From: Folioceros fuciformis
Lineage: Eukaryota
Length of the DNA: 64,000 nt
NCBI GenBank assembly: GCA_049999805.1
Contig: JBNGIO010006272.1
Coordinates: 1 to 64,000 of the forward strand
Direction of reading: 5' to 3'
The position numbers and the translations under genes were made by a program. This document shows, in pieces, positions 23,101 through 37,291 of the stretch. The notes beneath the pieces are model-generated. The model made no database searches. It saw nothing but the letters and a program-made list of their open reading frames with translations, and had not been told where the DNA came from. Within the stretch, counting starts at the first letter, position 1. Each line of letters starts with the position of its first letter.

Positions 23101-26100
23101 TTTAGGTATGTGGATGTTATTCTCCAGCTCATAGAGAAAGCTGGAGATTTTGTGAGCGATGACATCTGGTACCGAGTCGTTCAATTCGTGACCAACAATG
23201 AAGATCTTCAGGTATTTGTCAGCCCATGTCTATGGTGAATGCAATCAGGAACAAAATTTTATATCACGTTTGGTAGGGCACCTTGAGGATGCCCTCCTTT
23301 CGTGGATCTCTCTTCGTGCCCATGTTTTAATTGCCTTCTTAGATACAGGCAGTTAAATTTGCATTGTAATGTGCAGGCTTATGCTGCTCAGAAAGCCAAG
23401 GAGTATCTTGATAAACCTGCCGTACATGAGACCATGGTGAAGGTGTGGCGAAACATATCATTTTTTTATCGTACATGTGAGTGGAAGTGTTAGATTCTTC
23501 GTATTGCTGTGTCTGGAAATTATTCATTTGGGAGTCTCATGGAACAGGTAGCTGGCTATCTTCTAGGCGAGTACAGTCATTTGCTAGCCAGAAGGCCTGG
23601 CTGCAGTCCGAAAGAGATTTTTGGGATCATCCATGACAAATTCCCGACAGTTTCGTATGTACACCTACCTTATTCTTAGCTAGTATGAAGTGACTCATGT
23701 TCGTACATTTGCATTCATGTGTCACATAATTATTCCAAGATTGGGTCAGTCGTGTCTTATGTTCCAACCTTTTGTTGCAGGACATCTACAAAGGCTCTGC
23801 TTTTATCAGCATATGTGAAAATTCTGATGCACTCACAGCCAGCAGATCCTGAGCTCAGAGATCTAGTCCTCTCTGTCTTCAGAAGGTCATAGCCAACTAC
23901 TCTTGTCTTTGATCCAGGAGCTCGACTAGGGGGATTTGTCGGTTTGAGCAGTACCTGCTTAATAGGCTTGCATAACTTAAGGCTTGTTGTGACTCCAGGT
24001 ATGAGAGCTTCATTGATGCTGAAGTGCAGCAGCGTGCTGTCGAATACTTTGCCCTTACACAGAAAGGAGCACCTATGGTGGACATCTTGGCAGAAATGCC
24101 AAAGTTCCCAGAACGTCAGGTACTATTTGATTTGTTAGCCACTGTAGCCAATGTATCTCTTCCACGATGTGCAATTCTAAAGCTGGTGTGTTCTCTTGGC
24201 AGTCTGCTCTCATTCGCAGAGCTGAAGACACTGAAAGTGATTCTGCTGAACTGAGTGCAACGAAAGTGAGGTTACAACAACAGACGTCAACTGCTGTGGT
24301 CCTAGCAGACAAGGTTCCATCCAATGGCACCTCTCATCACCTTCCAATAAGTCGGCCAACAGTTGCTGCTCGAAGTGTTGTAAGTGTTACTGCTCCTGAA
24401 GTTTTTAGCTAGGGTAACGGTACGATCATTGTTGGGGAGCTTTGCAAGGTGCAACCTAAATGAATTTTTCTGAAGACTTGCTTAGATTGCTGTGTAATCA
24501 GATGGTTTTTTCTGTGAACAGAAGAACCCTTTGCATGAGTGAGAAGAGCGATGTCTTCTGAAATTTTGATTCATGCCTGTATCTGAATTCACATTCCAAA
24601 TGTGGCTGCAGGATCGACCTGGAGTGTCTGACCAGGATCGGCATGTGCCTTATTCCAATGGGACTTCGGCAGCTCAATCTGGTGTCCCACCTCAGCCCGA
24701 GGCACCTGCCCGGGTTGTTGACACAACTGCGGATCTTCTTGGAGATTTGCTTGCTCCTCTTGCCATTGAGGCTGCGCCTGGGTCCATGGCGTCCCCTTCA
24801 ACAATACCAAATGTTATCCTGTCACTGGAGGCACCTCCAGGACCTTCTGCTGTTAGCGGTGGTGGTGTGGGCGATCCATTAGCCCTAGCACTTTACGAGC
24901 AGAGTTCCACTGTGCAGGTGAAGCCCATGTCTTTCAAGGCAATATGTATGAGGCTCAAAATCATCTTCAGTGCATTACATATCACCGCATGTGTGCATGA
25001 TGTTGTCGTTATTCCCAAGGGTGGTGCAAGTGTGAGATGACTTTTGTCATTTCTAACCATGAAATTGTGTTGGCTTGTCATGTCCTTCGATACAAGCAGC
25101 CTATAGGTAGTGTTGCTGAATGGTTCCGGGCTCTCACATTGAAAGACAGTGGCATACTGTATGAGGACCCCTACATACAGGCAAGAACGTTCGAGAAGTA
25201 TTTAGTACGGACAGTGTTGCACTTGTGTATCAGTTGCTTCTGAGTGTGACGAAGGTTTTTTTTGTTTAGAGTGGGATGTTGGGACTGAGCCCGTACGGGA
25301 CCTGCAGATTGGTATTAAAGCAGAATGGAGAGGTTCTTTGGGTCGGATTGTTTTCTTCCTCGGCAACAAGAGTACAGGGCCACTGCAAGCAGTTCGTGCT
25401 TTGTTTCTTCCTCCTCGACATCTCCGGGTTCAGCCATCACCTCTTCCTGAGAGTATTCCTCCCAGGGCGCAGGTCCTTCACCCTTACAGTACAAACTGTT
25501 TCTTTCTTCCTGAATCTAGCATTCTTCTCCTACATCACTTTCCCTTTTGTTGCGACTGACTTGTTGAAAGTTTGTGATCACAGGTGCAGTGTCCGGTTGA
25601 TGTTGCCTGCATTACTGCAAGCAGAGAGCTTCCTATGTTCGACTTCTCATACACAACGTCAGCTATTCCTGTAAGTATTCTTCAGTTTTGCTTCTTTACA
25701 TCGCTCATGAGCCGAAAATATCCTGACAAATTCTTGGTATAGGTGAACCTGAAGTTAAGACTTCCTGTAGTCATCGCCAAATTTCTTCAGGCCTCTCCGA
25801 TTTCACCAAATGATTTTGTTGTGCAATGGAAAGCTCTTGTTGGACCTCCCACAAAGCTGCAGGAAGTTGTAAGCCTTCACCGGATGTTGGGTACCTGCAG
25901 CATGTGTGGCTCGTGTACACATCGTGTTGGTAATTTCTCTTGACGATTTCTCTTGACGTAATAATGCAGGTTCGTGGAGTGCGTCCAATTCCACTCGTCG
26001 AAATGGCAGAGCTATTTACAAGCATCCATATCGCTGTTGCCCCTGGGCTTGTGAGTACATCAAGGCCCATAATAAGGATTGTCTGTGTCATGTTATAGCT

Positions 26101-26638
26101 AAAAGGAACGAAGTAGCTTGTCTCTACTGGAACGTTTAAATATGTGGTTGAATTGTTTCAGGACCCGAACCCGAATAACATTGTCGCAGCTGCAACTTTC
26201 TTCTCTGAGGCTGGAGGTGCCATCATGTCTCTGGTGAGTCCTAGATGATGGCGTGACAACGCCTACCCACTACTCACCTGCTCTTGTCATCACTAACAAG
26301 AACTGTGGGTCACAGATCCGGGTGGAAACTGATCCCGCTGACAGAACTCAAGTGCGACTTACAGTGGCAACTCCAGATCCCGCTGTGACATTCGAGTGAG
26401 TCTCGCATACAGTAGGCAGCGTGTGCTATGCTCTGCTCTTGAGAACAACTCTCTTATGGGTTGTGTCATGTTTTGCAGGCTAAAAGAGTACATCAAGGAC
26501 CATTTAGTGGATATCCCATCGGAAACGGCTGCATTTATACCCACGCCAGTCGCGCCTGCCAGTGCCCCAGCCCCTGCTCCTACGCCACAATCTTTGGGTT
26601 TCACGGGCCCTGCAGCTGCACTTGCTGGTCTACTGTAA
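20184..26638 (+). CDS. AP-2 adaptor complex alpha subunit (alpha-adaptin), more than 20 exons
   Basis: [72 protein letters not shown], and an ear domain; stop TAA at 26638. Confidence 0.96.
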
Positions 26639-27663
26639 CTTCTATGTTGTGTTGCTCAGTCTGGTACCCTGTCCTCAGTGTCACTGGCATAATGCTTATG
26701 ATTTCACTGCAGAGATTTATGCTTTATCGTGCAAGTGGACATCAGGAATTGCATGACCCAGTGACATCTGATGATGCGGTCTGGAACGGCCGTGTATGTT
26801 TGTGCCACATGCCTGTCAAATGCCTAATCTTCAGCCTCGCCAGGTGCATGGAACCTGTAACCATGTTTGCAGGAAATAGATGTCATTCTTGAGGGCACCT
26901 GTAAGAAAATGCAAGCCTGCCCGCTGCCGATTTATATTCTCAAATTGTATTGGTACTTCTGCTTGGTCTCTTGTTCCATTCCTTGTAACTGGAGTGTCAG
27001 TTTCGTATCCATGGCCTAGTGATTGCCAAGAGCATAGGGAGCCGGGACTTCAGGGTTGTCCGTTTTGTCAAGAAAATGAAATCTTCTGTGCTGAGCTACA
27101 GCGCCGATATCCTGAGGTCCCTCACGATAAGGCGAGACTTTTGGAAATTGTTTGTGTCGAAGTAAATTTGTTTAACCACAGATATAGATCTTTAACCGTA
27201 GCCCTACGGAGAATGATTGGTATCATTTGTCACCGCGTTGGATGCGGACCGTGTACCCAACAGCCTTCCTACGCCAGTTGTCTGACGCCAGTGTAAGATG
27301 CTTCTCTGGAACGGTTCGCAGTTGGATCTCCGTTTTCAGGACTTTCGCAGACTGCACTGTCGAAGTCTCAGGTTTGGCGATGGCAGAAGCATGCCTCATC
27401 GCTCAGGTGCTGCCGATTCCCTTCCTCCTGCCCCTCGGCTAGCTTGTGCCCGTGTGAGGCCAATTTCTTTCTCAAGCCGTGTGCGAATGACCACAGCGGC
27501 GATTTGGTTTCTGGTTGCGCACATCATTGGACCGGTTCCGCTTTGTCGAAACTGGAAAACCGGTCGACTCTGCAGGATCGCCGCCAGCAAGGTAGCATTG
27601 CTTCAGATCTGGTCGCAAATTCCGCCAGCCAGGACCTGAAGGCCTGCAGTGGACAAGTTCAGG

Positions 27664-29138
27664 ATGATTCAGCTCCCAGGATTGCGACGGTATGCGCGCC
27701 TGGAGACGAAACTTGAGCTTCTTCCTGTGACACAATTGGGGAAGAAGAAAAAGGCAGGGTGTCGGACTTGGATGCGTTTTGATTCTTCAGGGGTATCGGA
27801 GAGGATGGAGCTGGACAGAAATACTCTCGTGAGAATGGCCGGACTCTCTGCTCGCGATCTTCGAATTCTAGGACCTATATTTGCTCAGTCATCTTGCATC
27901 CTCGGTAGGGTGCTAGGTCAAGCCGCTGAATCCAGCCATCCTCTGTGGACCTTCAGCTTCCGTCCTCTGCTTTCCTCTCACGCGTGTGATGTGCTTGTGA
28001 TGCAGCAAGGGAACGAGCCATGGTGGTAAACCTGGAATTCATTAGGGCTATTGTGACGGCGGAAGAAGTTTTCCTTCTCTGGTCTTCCAATCAGCAGGTC
28101 ACGAAGTTCGCGGATGAGCTCAGTACGCAGTTGCCGAAGGTAGACTCTCCTCGTGTTGCTGAAGCAGCAGGAGATGGCATGCCGGAACAGCTTCCGTTCG
28201 AGTTTAGGGTTTTGGAGATTGCTCTTGAGGTGGTGTGCAGCTATTTAGACGCCAAGGTATACAATTTGGAACGGGCCGCACATGAAGCTATCGAGGCCCT
28301 GACTGAAAGTGTGAGCACTGAAAAGTTAGAGTCCGTCCGAACTGCGAAGAATGAGCTAACACGTCTGACTGCTCGCGTCCAGAAGGTGTTGTGCCTCTCC
28401 AAATTTGTCAAGATGTAGCCAGGCAGTTTTATGCAGTGCTTGACGTCTAACTTCCATCCTTTCCTTGTGGCTAAGGTCAAGGAGGAGCTTGAGCAGCTGC
28501 TTGATGATGACGAGGATATGGCGGATCTTTATCTTACACGTAAAATGGTGCAATGGCAAAATGTGGGCTCTCCACCAGAAGCTGAAATCTCTGGGAACGA
28601 ACTAGTTGCCCGACCCCAACCTGCTGCTGCGGGCTTCCGTGGCTCTGTAAGTGTAATCACGGCTACCACAGGGAGTGAAAACAGTGTGGACGAATTGGAG
28701 ATGCTTCTGGAGCTCTACTTCATGCAGACAGACCAAACTCTGAACAAGCTTGCTAGGGTAAGTTATCACTAGCCATTCATGTAACTTGTCCTGAGATGGG
28801 ATACAGGCGTATGCTTATGCGGGAACTCTTCCTGAATTGCTCGTCTCGTGCAGCTGAGAGGGCACATTCACGATACTGAAAACCTTGTTAACATCGAGCT
28901 GGACAACAAACGCAACAATCTGATTCAGTTGGAACTGATAGTGACAGCGGCATCTATGTCCATTGCCTTTTGTACTGCTGTCTGCAGCGCACTGAGCATT
29001 AATCCACCTGTCTCTTTGTATCATGCTGACAATGAGACCCCCTTTCGTTCCGTGGCGATTGGGGGGCCTGTGCTCAGTTTCCTCATTTTTACTCTTGTTA
29101 TATCCTATGCTCGCAAAAGGAAGCTTATCGGAGCTTGA
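27664..29138 (+). CDS. MRS2/CorA-family magnesium transporter-like protein (4 exons) with SIN replacing GMN
   Basis: RTWMRFD...ARDLRILGP...ILGRERAMVVNLEFIRAIVTAEEV, LPFEFRVLEIALE, DDDEDMADLYLTRK, ELEMLLELYF, NIELDNKRNNLIQLEL, then two TM helices. Confidence 0.93.
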
Positions 29139-29229
29139 TGACCTCGCGTCTTGGCGGACCAAGCTTTTGCTGTTCGGGTTTTGTAGTTTACTGCCCTCGA
29201 TCCAAAGCGACCAAACAGGGCGCCTCAAA

Positions 29230-29480
29230 GTTATGCCCAACAAGGCGTCTCACAGTCAGGCCCAACAAGGCGTCTCACAGTCAGGCCCAACAGGACGCCT
29301 CACAGTCAGGCCCAACAGGANNNNNNNNNNACAGGACGCCTCACAGTCAGGCCCAACAGGACGCCTCACAGTCAGGCTCAACAGGACGCCTCACAGTCAG
29401 GCCCAACCGGGTGCCTCACAGTTAGGCCCAACATGGTGCCTCAAAGGTAGGCCCAGAAAGGCGCCTCACAGTTAGGCCCA
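29230..29480. repeat. 25-bp minisatellite (CAGTCAGGCCCAACAGGACGCCTCA) spanning an assembly gap
   Basis: Multiple tandem copies lie on both sides of the N-run at 29321-29330. Confidence 0.9.
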
Positions 29481-30431
29481 GTCGCCAACCTGGAATGTGG
29501 TTTGGATGCCAAAATAGGTTCGGGAAAGGCCAGTTCGAGCGAAATCGGAAATGGTTGATTCCCGTCTGCAAAGAATTGCCCGGCCCATTCATGGAAGCGT
29601 GAATTCCCCTGCTTTCTTGCGTCTACTTCTTTTCTCTAAGCAATTGCTTGTCATTCTCTCCAAGTACTTGCTTGTCTACACAAAGGGCTTTTGTACCCGT
29701 CTGTTTCATGTTTGCCTAATTCCAAGACTTTTCGCGCCTACCTCCAAGTATTTGCTTGTCTCTAAGGGTTTTACGGTCGTATGCTTGAATCTCTTCCGAA
29801 GTCTTGTTAGCCCTAAAGAGCTCGACCATTAGCTAGCACAGACTAAATAGACTTGGATGCTTTATCTCTGCGATCAACATTAACTCGCATCCATTTTTCC
29901 TTTTCGATTGCCAAGCATTGGTCATGACACTCTGCATGGACTACAAGAAATTCTTCACGCTTCCATGGAAGCTTATGTTGCATTAAACTCAAGTTGCAGC
30001 TTGTCTATGTGGACGTATTGATCCACCTCTCTCTTGAAAGTCTTGCCCTACAAGAGCAGAGATGATGAAGATGATGTGATGATGCCCAAACCTGGTGGGT
30101 CCAAACTTGATCCAAACTAATTGGAAAGCTTGGCTCATGGATCGCATTGCTATATGCCTTATTAGTGTAGAATGTTGTCATTTTCTTTTAGTGCTAGCCA
30201 CCACGTAGCCAACACCCCCAAGTAATTCATTTGCAGTGCCACTCCAGTCTCCTTCAAGGAAGGCGAGTGGGTTTCAACACAAACGACTTTTATAGAGCGG
30301 CATTCAGGCACACCTTCTTTCTTGAAGTAATCGTCAAGTAGTCATGTACTTCCTCTTGTCTAGCTACATCCTTCTACCTTAGTGGTGACAGTCCTTAGTC
30401 CCTTTAGCAAGGAGAGAGGTTTATAGGCATG

Positions 30432-30611
30432 ATCTACTATGATGGTGTACAATAGTTGTTCAACATAATCCTTCGCACACAACCTCATCTATGTTGCTTC
30501 TCAAGACGCACAGCTCACATAATCTACTATGATGGTGTACAATAGTTGTTCAACATAATCCTTGGCACACAGCCTTATCTATGTTGCTTCTCAAGACGCA
30601 CAGCTCACATA
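30432..30611. repeat. 90-bp tandem direct duplication
   Basis: ATCTACTATGATGGTGTACAATAG...CAGCTCACATA occurs at 30432 and 30522 with few mismatches. Confidence 0.9.
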
Positions 30612-30899
30612 GGTTTGTGCCGGCCACAATAATATCCGGCCCACTTGTGGGAGATGTGGGCTCATCCATAGTAGCTACGTGGGTCATGTGTGCAGCGAGA
30701 CCTCTAAAGGGCTACTTACATTGAGGTTAGCCTTCATCCGTAAAAGTTCCGTGTATAGCGAGTACCAAACGGAGACATAGCGAAACCTGCAGGGCACCAT
30801 TAATGGTGTCACACTTGTTATATATGTGAATGCACTATTTCTTGTTAACTTAAGGCCTTTGTTAAGCATCACCCATTACATTTCACGAGTACAAGGTCC

Positions 30900-33800
30900 G
30901 CTGTTTTCTCTTCCCTACATATAAAGCTCAATAGATTATATATTCTACTCGCATAAACACAAGAAAATCAGTAGGCTGACAAATGGAAACGATGGTCCCA
31001 CTTTACAAAAATCTAGGACTAACACCAAATGGAGCAAACGAAGCTCGATCTCTGATACAGAGCCCTCCTCCTGACTCATCACGGAGCTTGGTACATTTTC
31101 TTTTTTAAGAATGTTCTTGCAACTTCGTACCGTATGGATACGATCATCTTGGCAATGTAAGTAGCCCTTGAGATGGCTCCCATCTCTCCTGGTCTGAGAG
31201 AAATGTTTCTCCATCATGGTGACCGCAAAGTCATTCAGTGTCCTACATCCTTCATCACCTTATACACACGATTTTGCTGGAGCAGGCACTTCTGCAAACA
31301 CCACCACCTCAACCCTAATATTGCTCCACTCTGCATGGGATGCTGAGGAGCATTTGTAAAGTTGTAGTATGGTGGATGTCACATTCTAGTTCACTCCTTT
31401 CAAACGTGGTGTCCAAGGTAAAGTAAATGGTGGACGAACACACTACAGGCTAGGACCATAAGGAAGAAGTAGAGCACCTACTCCTAACCTATAAGGTACA
31501 CAACGAAGTCTTCGCTACTACTTCGGTTCCTACAACATTGCCACAACCATACTTCTTTGTATCCCTCCATCTACACGTGTCATTAGCACTTAGTTAGTAG
31601 ATATGGCCTTATAATCTTTCAAGCATTATCGCCCATATACCAACTGAAGTTCTCAATGCTTCTCTTCTGCAAGGGAAAAACCTTCCTTTCCAACATTGAT
31701 TTAAATGATCAGCCGGATATTTCAATGCATGAGGACAAGCATAGCAAAGTTTTTTTTTCTAAAAAAAATAAAAGAGAAATAGGAGAGATGTAGCCCTTCT
31801 CTTCCTACTTGGCGAATGCAATATCGCAATATCGCGGTATGCTACCTCTCTATGTCCACACGGGAAAGTGAGTGAAGAAAAAATGTTTAGACATTTCTTA
31901 GATTTTTAAACATGTAAGTACAAATAGGAATTGGCTAGTTGGTAGAGTCTTCAATCAACTATAATCTCAACCTTCGTTGCATAGCATTTAAAAACAACAC
32001 AAAGTTTCTTGTTGAATGTTTTCACTCTTAAAACTATTCACAGGGGTTCAAACTTGATTAATCAAAGTTAAAAATACTACAATGAAACATCGAGTTCAAT
32101 GAAGTGATATCAAAGATATTACAATGCAACATCATGCTAGATTAAGCATTATTCAAAAAACTATAAAGCAATAGTCCTTTACAAATGGAAGAGAGAATGA
32201 TTCAGAAAGTAATGATTTCTTCCCATTCATGTGGCTTTGGAAAATATTTTTTCTATTTCAAATTATGTATTATATGATTTTTCTCCAAGAAAAAAAAAAG
32301 CTAAAGTAAGTACAAGTTCAACTTCCAAATATCGTATTCTTAATGAAAAAAATGATGGTTCTAAGCTACAGAAGGATAATTCTTCAATTGGAATGCCTTT
32401 GTGGATTGCTTCTCTATTAGATGATATTGTGGTGCAAGAAGTAGAATATGATAACATTACCAGATTTTGGGTTACCAAAGTAGTATTTACTACTTTGGAT
32501 TTGCTTAGATCTAAGCCTCTTGCTTTCACTTTAGATAATAGCTTAGAAGAGCGTTTGGAAGCATATACTGCATCTTATTCTACAAATCTTAGAGCAAAAT
32601 CAAATTCCTCTCCATTTGAGGATTCTTTCTCACCTATTTTCTCATTTAATAACATCTTTAAAAAAATTAAATAGTGGTTAATTCGTAGGTGATCTAATTT
32701 ATTTAAACATGTTTTCATTGTACGAGATATTTCTCACAAGTTAATTATAGTATATCATAAGCAAAAGGGTTTGAGAATTTTGATTCAGAAAGATGTTAAA
32801 TAATTCACTTGAATTCATCTCATGAAAAAATTGTGTACTATCATCAAGATGTTGTCAAACTCAAGTTACATCTTAAAAGAGGCCAACAACTACAAGTAAT
32901 ATCTTACAATGCGTGTGAGAGAACTTTGAAGATAGAACATAGTGAAGGAAAAATAATGATTTCACTTGATTGCAAAATGACTCTGGATTACCTCTCTCAT
33001 GCTAAAGCTCTTTACGTACTTAAATCTATGTTGGTTTGATAATTAAACATCACCCATTTTTGGATGGGATGACAAATTCTACGTTCAAGCAGGTTGTCAA
33101 AACTTTGCCATCATTTTAGGTACATCTCTGTTGGATCACTTTCCTATGTGATTGAATTGCACTTGGTTAAAAATTGGGAGGGTGTGTAGTGTCTTCTTAA
33201 GAAAGTTCTTCATGAGTCCAAACCTTTCTATCTGGATGCTTGCAACCATCTAAATGTTCATAAGCATATTTGTGCCACTTTCCACAACCTCAACTCCCTT
33301 TGAGTCAACTTCTTTGGCATGGGGATGATAATAATAGGAATGAAAATGTTTCAATGACAAATAGAATAGAGGAATGCCCTTGCTACATAGTGGACTTGAT
33401 ATGTTTTCACTCACTAGCTCTTGAGAGTCTTACCTAGAGGGCCATGAATAAGGAGTTTTCATGATTTTATAAAGGAGTGTGTCAAGGTCCATCAAAACTA
33501 TAAGAATGTAGTTTTCCCTTTCTTCAGTGGTAACCTTCTAGTGGCCCTTACAAAGGGCATTGGCCAATGCGGTCTAGTCTATAGTATCCATTGTTGTGCC
33601 AAGGGCAGTGGCCAATGGGTTTGTTCTATAGTATCCATTGCTTTGCAAAGGACATTGGCCAATGTAGTGTGGTCTATTGAATAGAACCAAGTCTAAGTCT
33701 GCTGTTTCATCAGCAGTGGCGACAAGGTACATCCTTCATTGTTTGGCATCTTGTGGAATTGATATATGAGGAACCTAGTCTATAAGGAAGCTAATCCCTG

Positions 33801-33900
33801 GTTTAGTTGTTCTTATTTTTGGTGGTTAGGATCTCCCATCTCTTTTGGGTAGTTAAGATTTTTAATTCTCTTCTTCAATAAATTTTGTATGCTTTAGATG
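30900..33900. mobile_element. Highly decayed AT-rich retroelement-like relic
   Basis: Gene-free AT-rich block. Minus-strand fragments near 33250-33550 (LKHFHSYYYHP.., ..ENYILIV) loosely resemble a Ty3/gypsy integrase core. Confidence 0.3.
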
Positions 33901-34271
33901 AGGGACCACTTCGTGGATGTTAGCCGCTGTGCATGGATTACTTATATAGATTCTGGCCGTTCCAGGCTTTCTTTTTGATTCTCCAAATGTTGTTTACCAG
34001 TAGGCAGTTTCACATACCTTACGTTTTCCGAAAGCACACCGTGGTGATTGCGTGTAGCTTCAGGTAGTTGATCAGTCGCGACACTTTCCCCTGGTTCATC
34101 TCATGTGCGCAGCTTTCGCCCAGCGAGGTGACAACTACGTACCGTTGGAACATAACCTTTGAAGATGCTTTCCCGCCATGTGTGTGATCATGCAAGGCCA
34201 CCAATGCTAGTGCGTTGGGTCGGCTGTTGCTACCTCCGATTCAGGCCGGCTCTCTTATACCATGAGCAGGA

Positions 34272-36541
34272 ATGGTTCTTGGGACTGCCTGGTTGGGCCT
34301 CTGTTGGGACCTGCTGAGCATGGGGGTGGCGCATGGTTCCGGGCATGGACAAGGCAACAGTGGGTTTGACGGCGCAACGGGTCTGGATCCGGCAGTGGGT
34401 GGTTCGGAGAGGATGGCGTCCATTGTGGGAGCGTCCACCACCCAGAGGCACCCTGGCCCATGGAGGGAGCTAGGATTCAGAGCTCTGGTCGAAGAGATTT
34501 TGTGGCACGGGGGCTCAGCTGGAGATGCCTGGCTCACCAGTGCGTCCCATCAGGTGAAAGAAGAGAGAACTTGTGTACCTGTGTGTGGTGAATAACCGTT
34601 GATTACAAGGTTTGTTTGGGTGAACCTTGTAAGAGCGGTGAGCATGTGGGTGCTGGAGTTGGCGCAGGTGGCACAGGTGCTCTTGACGCTGCCTTATTCG
34701 TTTGCTCAGCTGGGATATGCGTCTGGCATCATCTTTCAGCTCTTTTACGGCCTGGTGGGATGCTGGACCTGCTTCTGTGTAGCAGCGCTGTATGCGGAGC
34801 ATCGTGTTCGGCAGCAGAAGGATGGCGTGACGTTGAAGAATCACACTGTTCAGGTAGGTTGGGGTGAGAGTAATCAGCCGTTTGCTTCAAAATGAGTGAC
34901 AAATCATTATAAGCATCGCTTGCCTTGACAGTGGTTTGAAGTGTTAGAGGAGCTCCTTGGTCGGCGCTGGAAACTTGCTGGGCTCCTTGTCAACTGCCTC
35001 TACCTCTTCGCTTCTGGCACCATTCAGATCATAGCCTGTGGAAGGTAAGCGTTACAAGCCAGCCATGAGCTAGCTAGCCCTTGCCAAGGGCTGGCTCGAT
35101 GAATAAAAACCGTGGAGGCATGGCTGAGGTGCTAAAGAACTGAGCCAGGGATTTGCACATACAGCACCGTCTACCTTGTCAATGACAACTTGGACAAGAG
35201 GACATGGACGTACGTGTTTGGGGCAGGCTGTATGCTGAGTGTCTTCATCCCTACCCTTCACAACTTTCGAGTCTGGTCCTTCACGGGCCTGTTCATGACC
35301 ACCTACACTGGCTGGTACATGACCATCGCTGCTCTTATCCACGGCCAGGTGAGCCTGCCGGCTTCTCTCTCGCTTGCTTCCACTCCCATCATCCAGCCAG
35401 ATGTTAATGTTCCTGGACCTGTTTTCTCCAGAAACCTAGCCCTGTGAAGCACACAGGACCGCAAAACCTTGTCCCGTTTTTCACGGGAGCCACCAACATT
35501 CTCTACACCTTCGGCGGCCATGCGACCACAGTGTGAGTCTCCATGGGCCGCCGCAGATCCCTCCCATCCACGGTTTGTGCTTGCTGGTGACTGTTGTGCG
35601 CAAGCGTGCAGAGAAGTGATGGACTCCATGTGGAAGCCACAGAAGTTCAAGTGGGTGTACGTGCTTTCCACCCTCTACGTCTTCACACTGACACTGCCGT
35701 CCGCCAGCTCAGTCTACTGGGCTTTCGGTGACAACATGGGTTCCATTCCCAACGCTCTGTACGCCCTACCTCGGACCCCATTCCGGGACACCGCTGTAGT
35801 CCTCATGCTCATCCACCAGGTACACCAACAACCGCTGACGTGTGAAGTCTCATTCCCTCATCTCCCTTTCGTTCTGATTCCGCCATCCCCAGCAACATCT
35901 GCAGGACTGTGCATCCACCATGTCATGTTTGTGCAGAAGAACCTCCACGTGAATCAATACCAATCAATTTGCTGTGGTTTCCTCCCAGTTCTTCACTTTT
36001 ACTGTCATCAGCATCCCAATTTACACAGTGTGGGAAAAGCTGCTGGGCGTACACACCTCAATAGCCAGTAAATTCTTCCTCAGAGCGGCAATCAGGCTCC
36101 CGGTCGGCCTCTTCATCTGGTTCGTTGCTCTAGCAATCCCCTTCTTCGGCCCCATCAACTCTGCCGTGGGAGCCTTCCTCGTCACCTTCGGAGTGTACAT
36201 AATCCCTGCCGCAGCCTTCAACGTCTTCTACTCCAGCCCATCTGCCCGAGAGGTACATGACTCTTTAGGGAAGAGTTTCCTCAAACCCAACAACATAATT
36301 CCGTTGCAGGGACTGACCGACACACCCGCAGAACGCCGTGGAGAAGCCCCCGTTCTTCATCCCTAGTTGGAGAGCCATCTTCGTGCTCAACACCTTCATA
36401 GTGATGTGGGTCTTCATCGTGGGATTCGGCTTCGGCTGCTGGTCCAGCATCACCAATTTCGTCAAGCTCGTGCACACTTTTGGCCTCTTCGCCAAGTGCT
36501 ACCAGTGCCCCGTCACAGACGAACACCTGAGCCTGCCGTGA
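34272..36541 (+). CDS. AUX1/LAX-family auxin influx carrier-like, divergent paralogue A (8 exons; start could be 34320)
   Basis: LWHGGSAGDAW..|VAQVLLTLPYSFAQLG, LDKRTWTYVFGA, TGATNILYTFGGH, MWKPQKFK, PFFGPINSAVG, TFGLFAKCYQC; GT-AG introns. Confidence 0.93.
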
Positions 36542-37291
36542 ACAGGAACTTTGTTGAATTCATGGCGGTGCAGTCACAGCAATGTGTAATTTGCCAGTCA
36601 AATCGTACACATCTGGTATGCGCACTTTCGGGCGGCCCACCCTGTTGACCGAGATTTACTCTCACAGGACCTGATTATGTACGTCTCCAGGAGTTCTTGC
36701 TCGCGTGACCCACGCCAACACAGTGTGAACACGGCACCACACGCCTGACCATGACTGCATGCGCTGCCACTACGACCCCAGTCGCGGCGCTTGTCGGTTA
36801 GAATCGATGCATAGACTCCAGTCCGGTCAAGCGAATGTCTTCGGAGCTAGTCGGACAAAGCCGGCAGTGGGCTCTCTCTATCTCCTTCCTAGGAGCCTTG
36901 TCTCGTCCAAACCGAAAGGCGTTAGGCCTTCTACGAGGCGGTGGGATATTGACCTCCTTTACAGCAGAGCCCGAGAAGGAGTGGATCATTCGTACAGCCA
37001 TGCGCAGTCGCACTGAGATTGAAATTCCTACCCCTGGAGGATGGATATCCGATGCCCTGGCCTGCGCAAAAGCGGCTTTCTTTCGGTAGGCTGAGGAATG
37101 CTGAATCTTTTGACTCCTGTACATGGGCTGGACCTCCCCTGGCACTGGCCAAACCTGAAGAGTGAAGGAAAAGCTGCGGCTGGCAAAGCGAGCTTCGAGC
37201 TCGAGTTCCGGCAGCTTATGAGGCAGATGATGAAGACTCTCCCTGGGATATCCTCAGCCTGAGTCTGGGCGGGGGCTTGAAGGTCGTGGCC

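Noticed and set aside
29023-29475. ORFs through the 25-bp minisatellite
   Set aside because: They are repeat-derived and cross an N gap
32231-33039. AT-rich ORFs of 76-147 aa
   Set aside because: No recognisable motifs; probably TE debris
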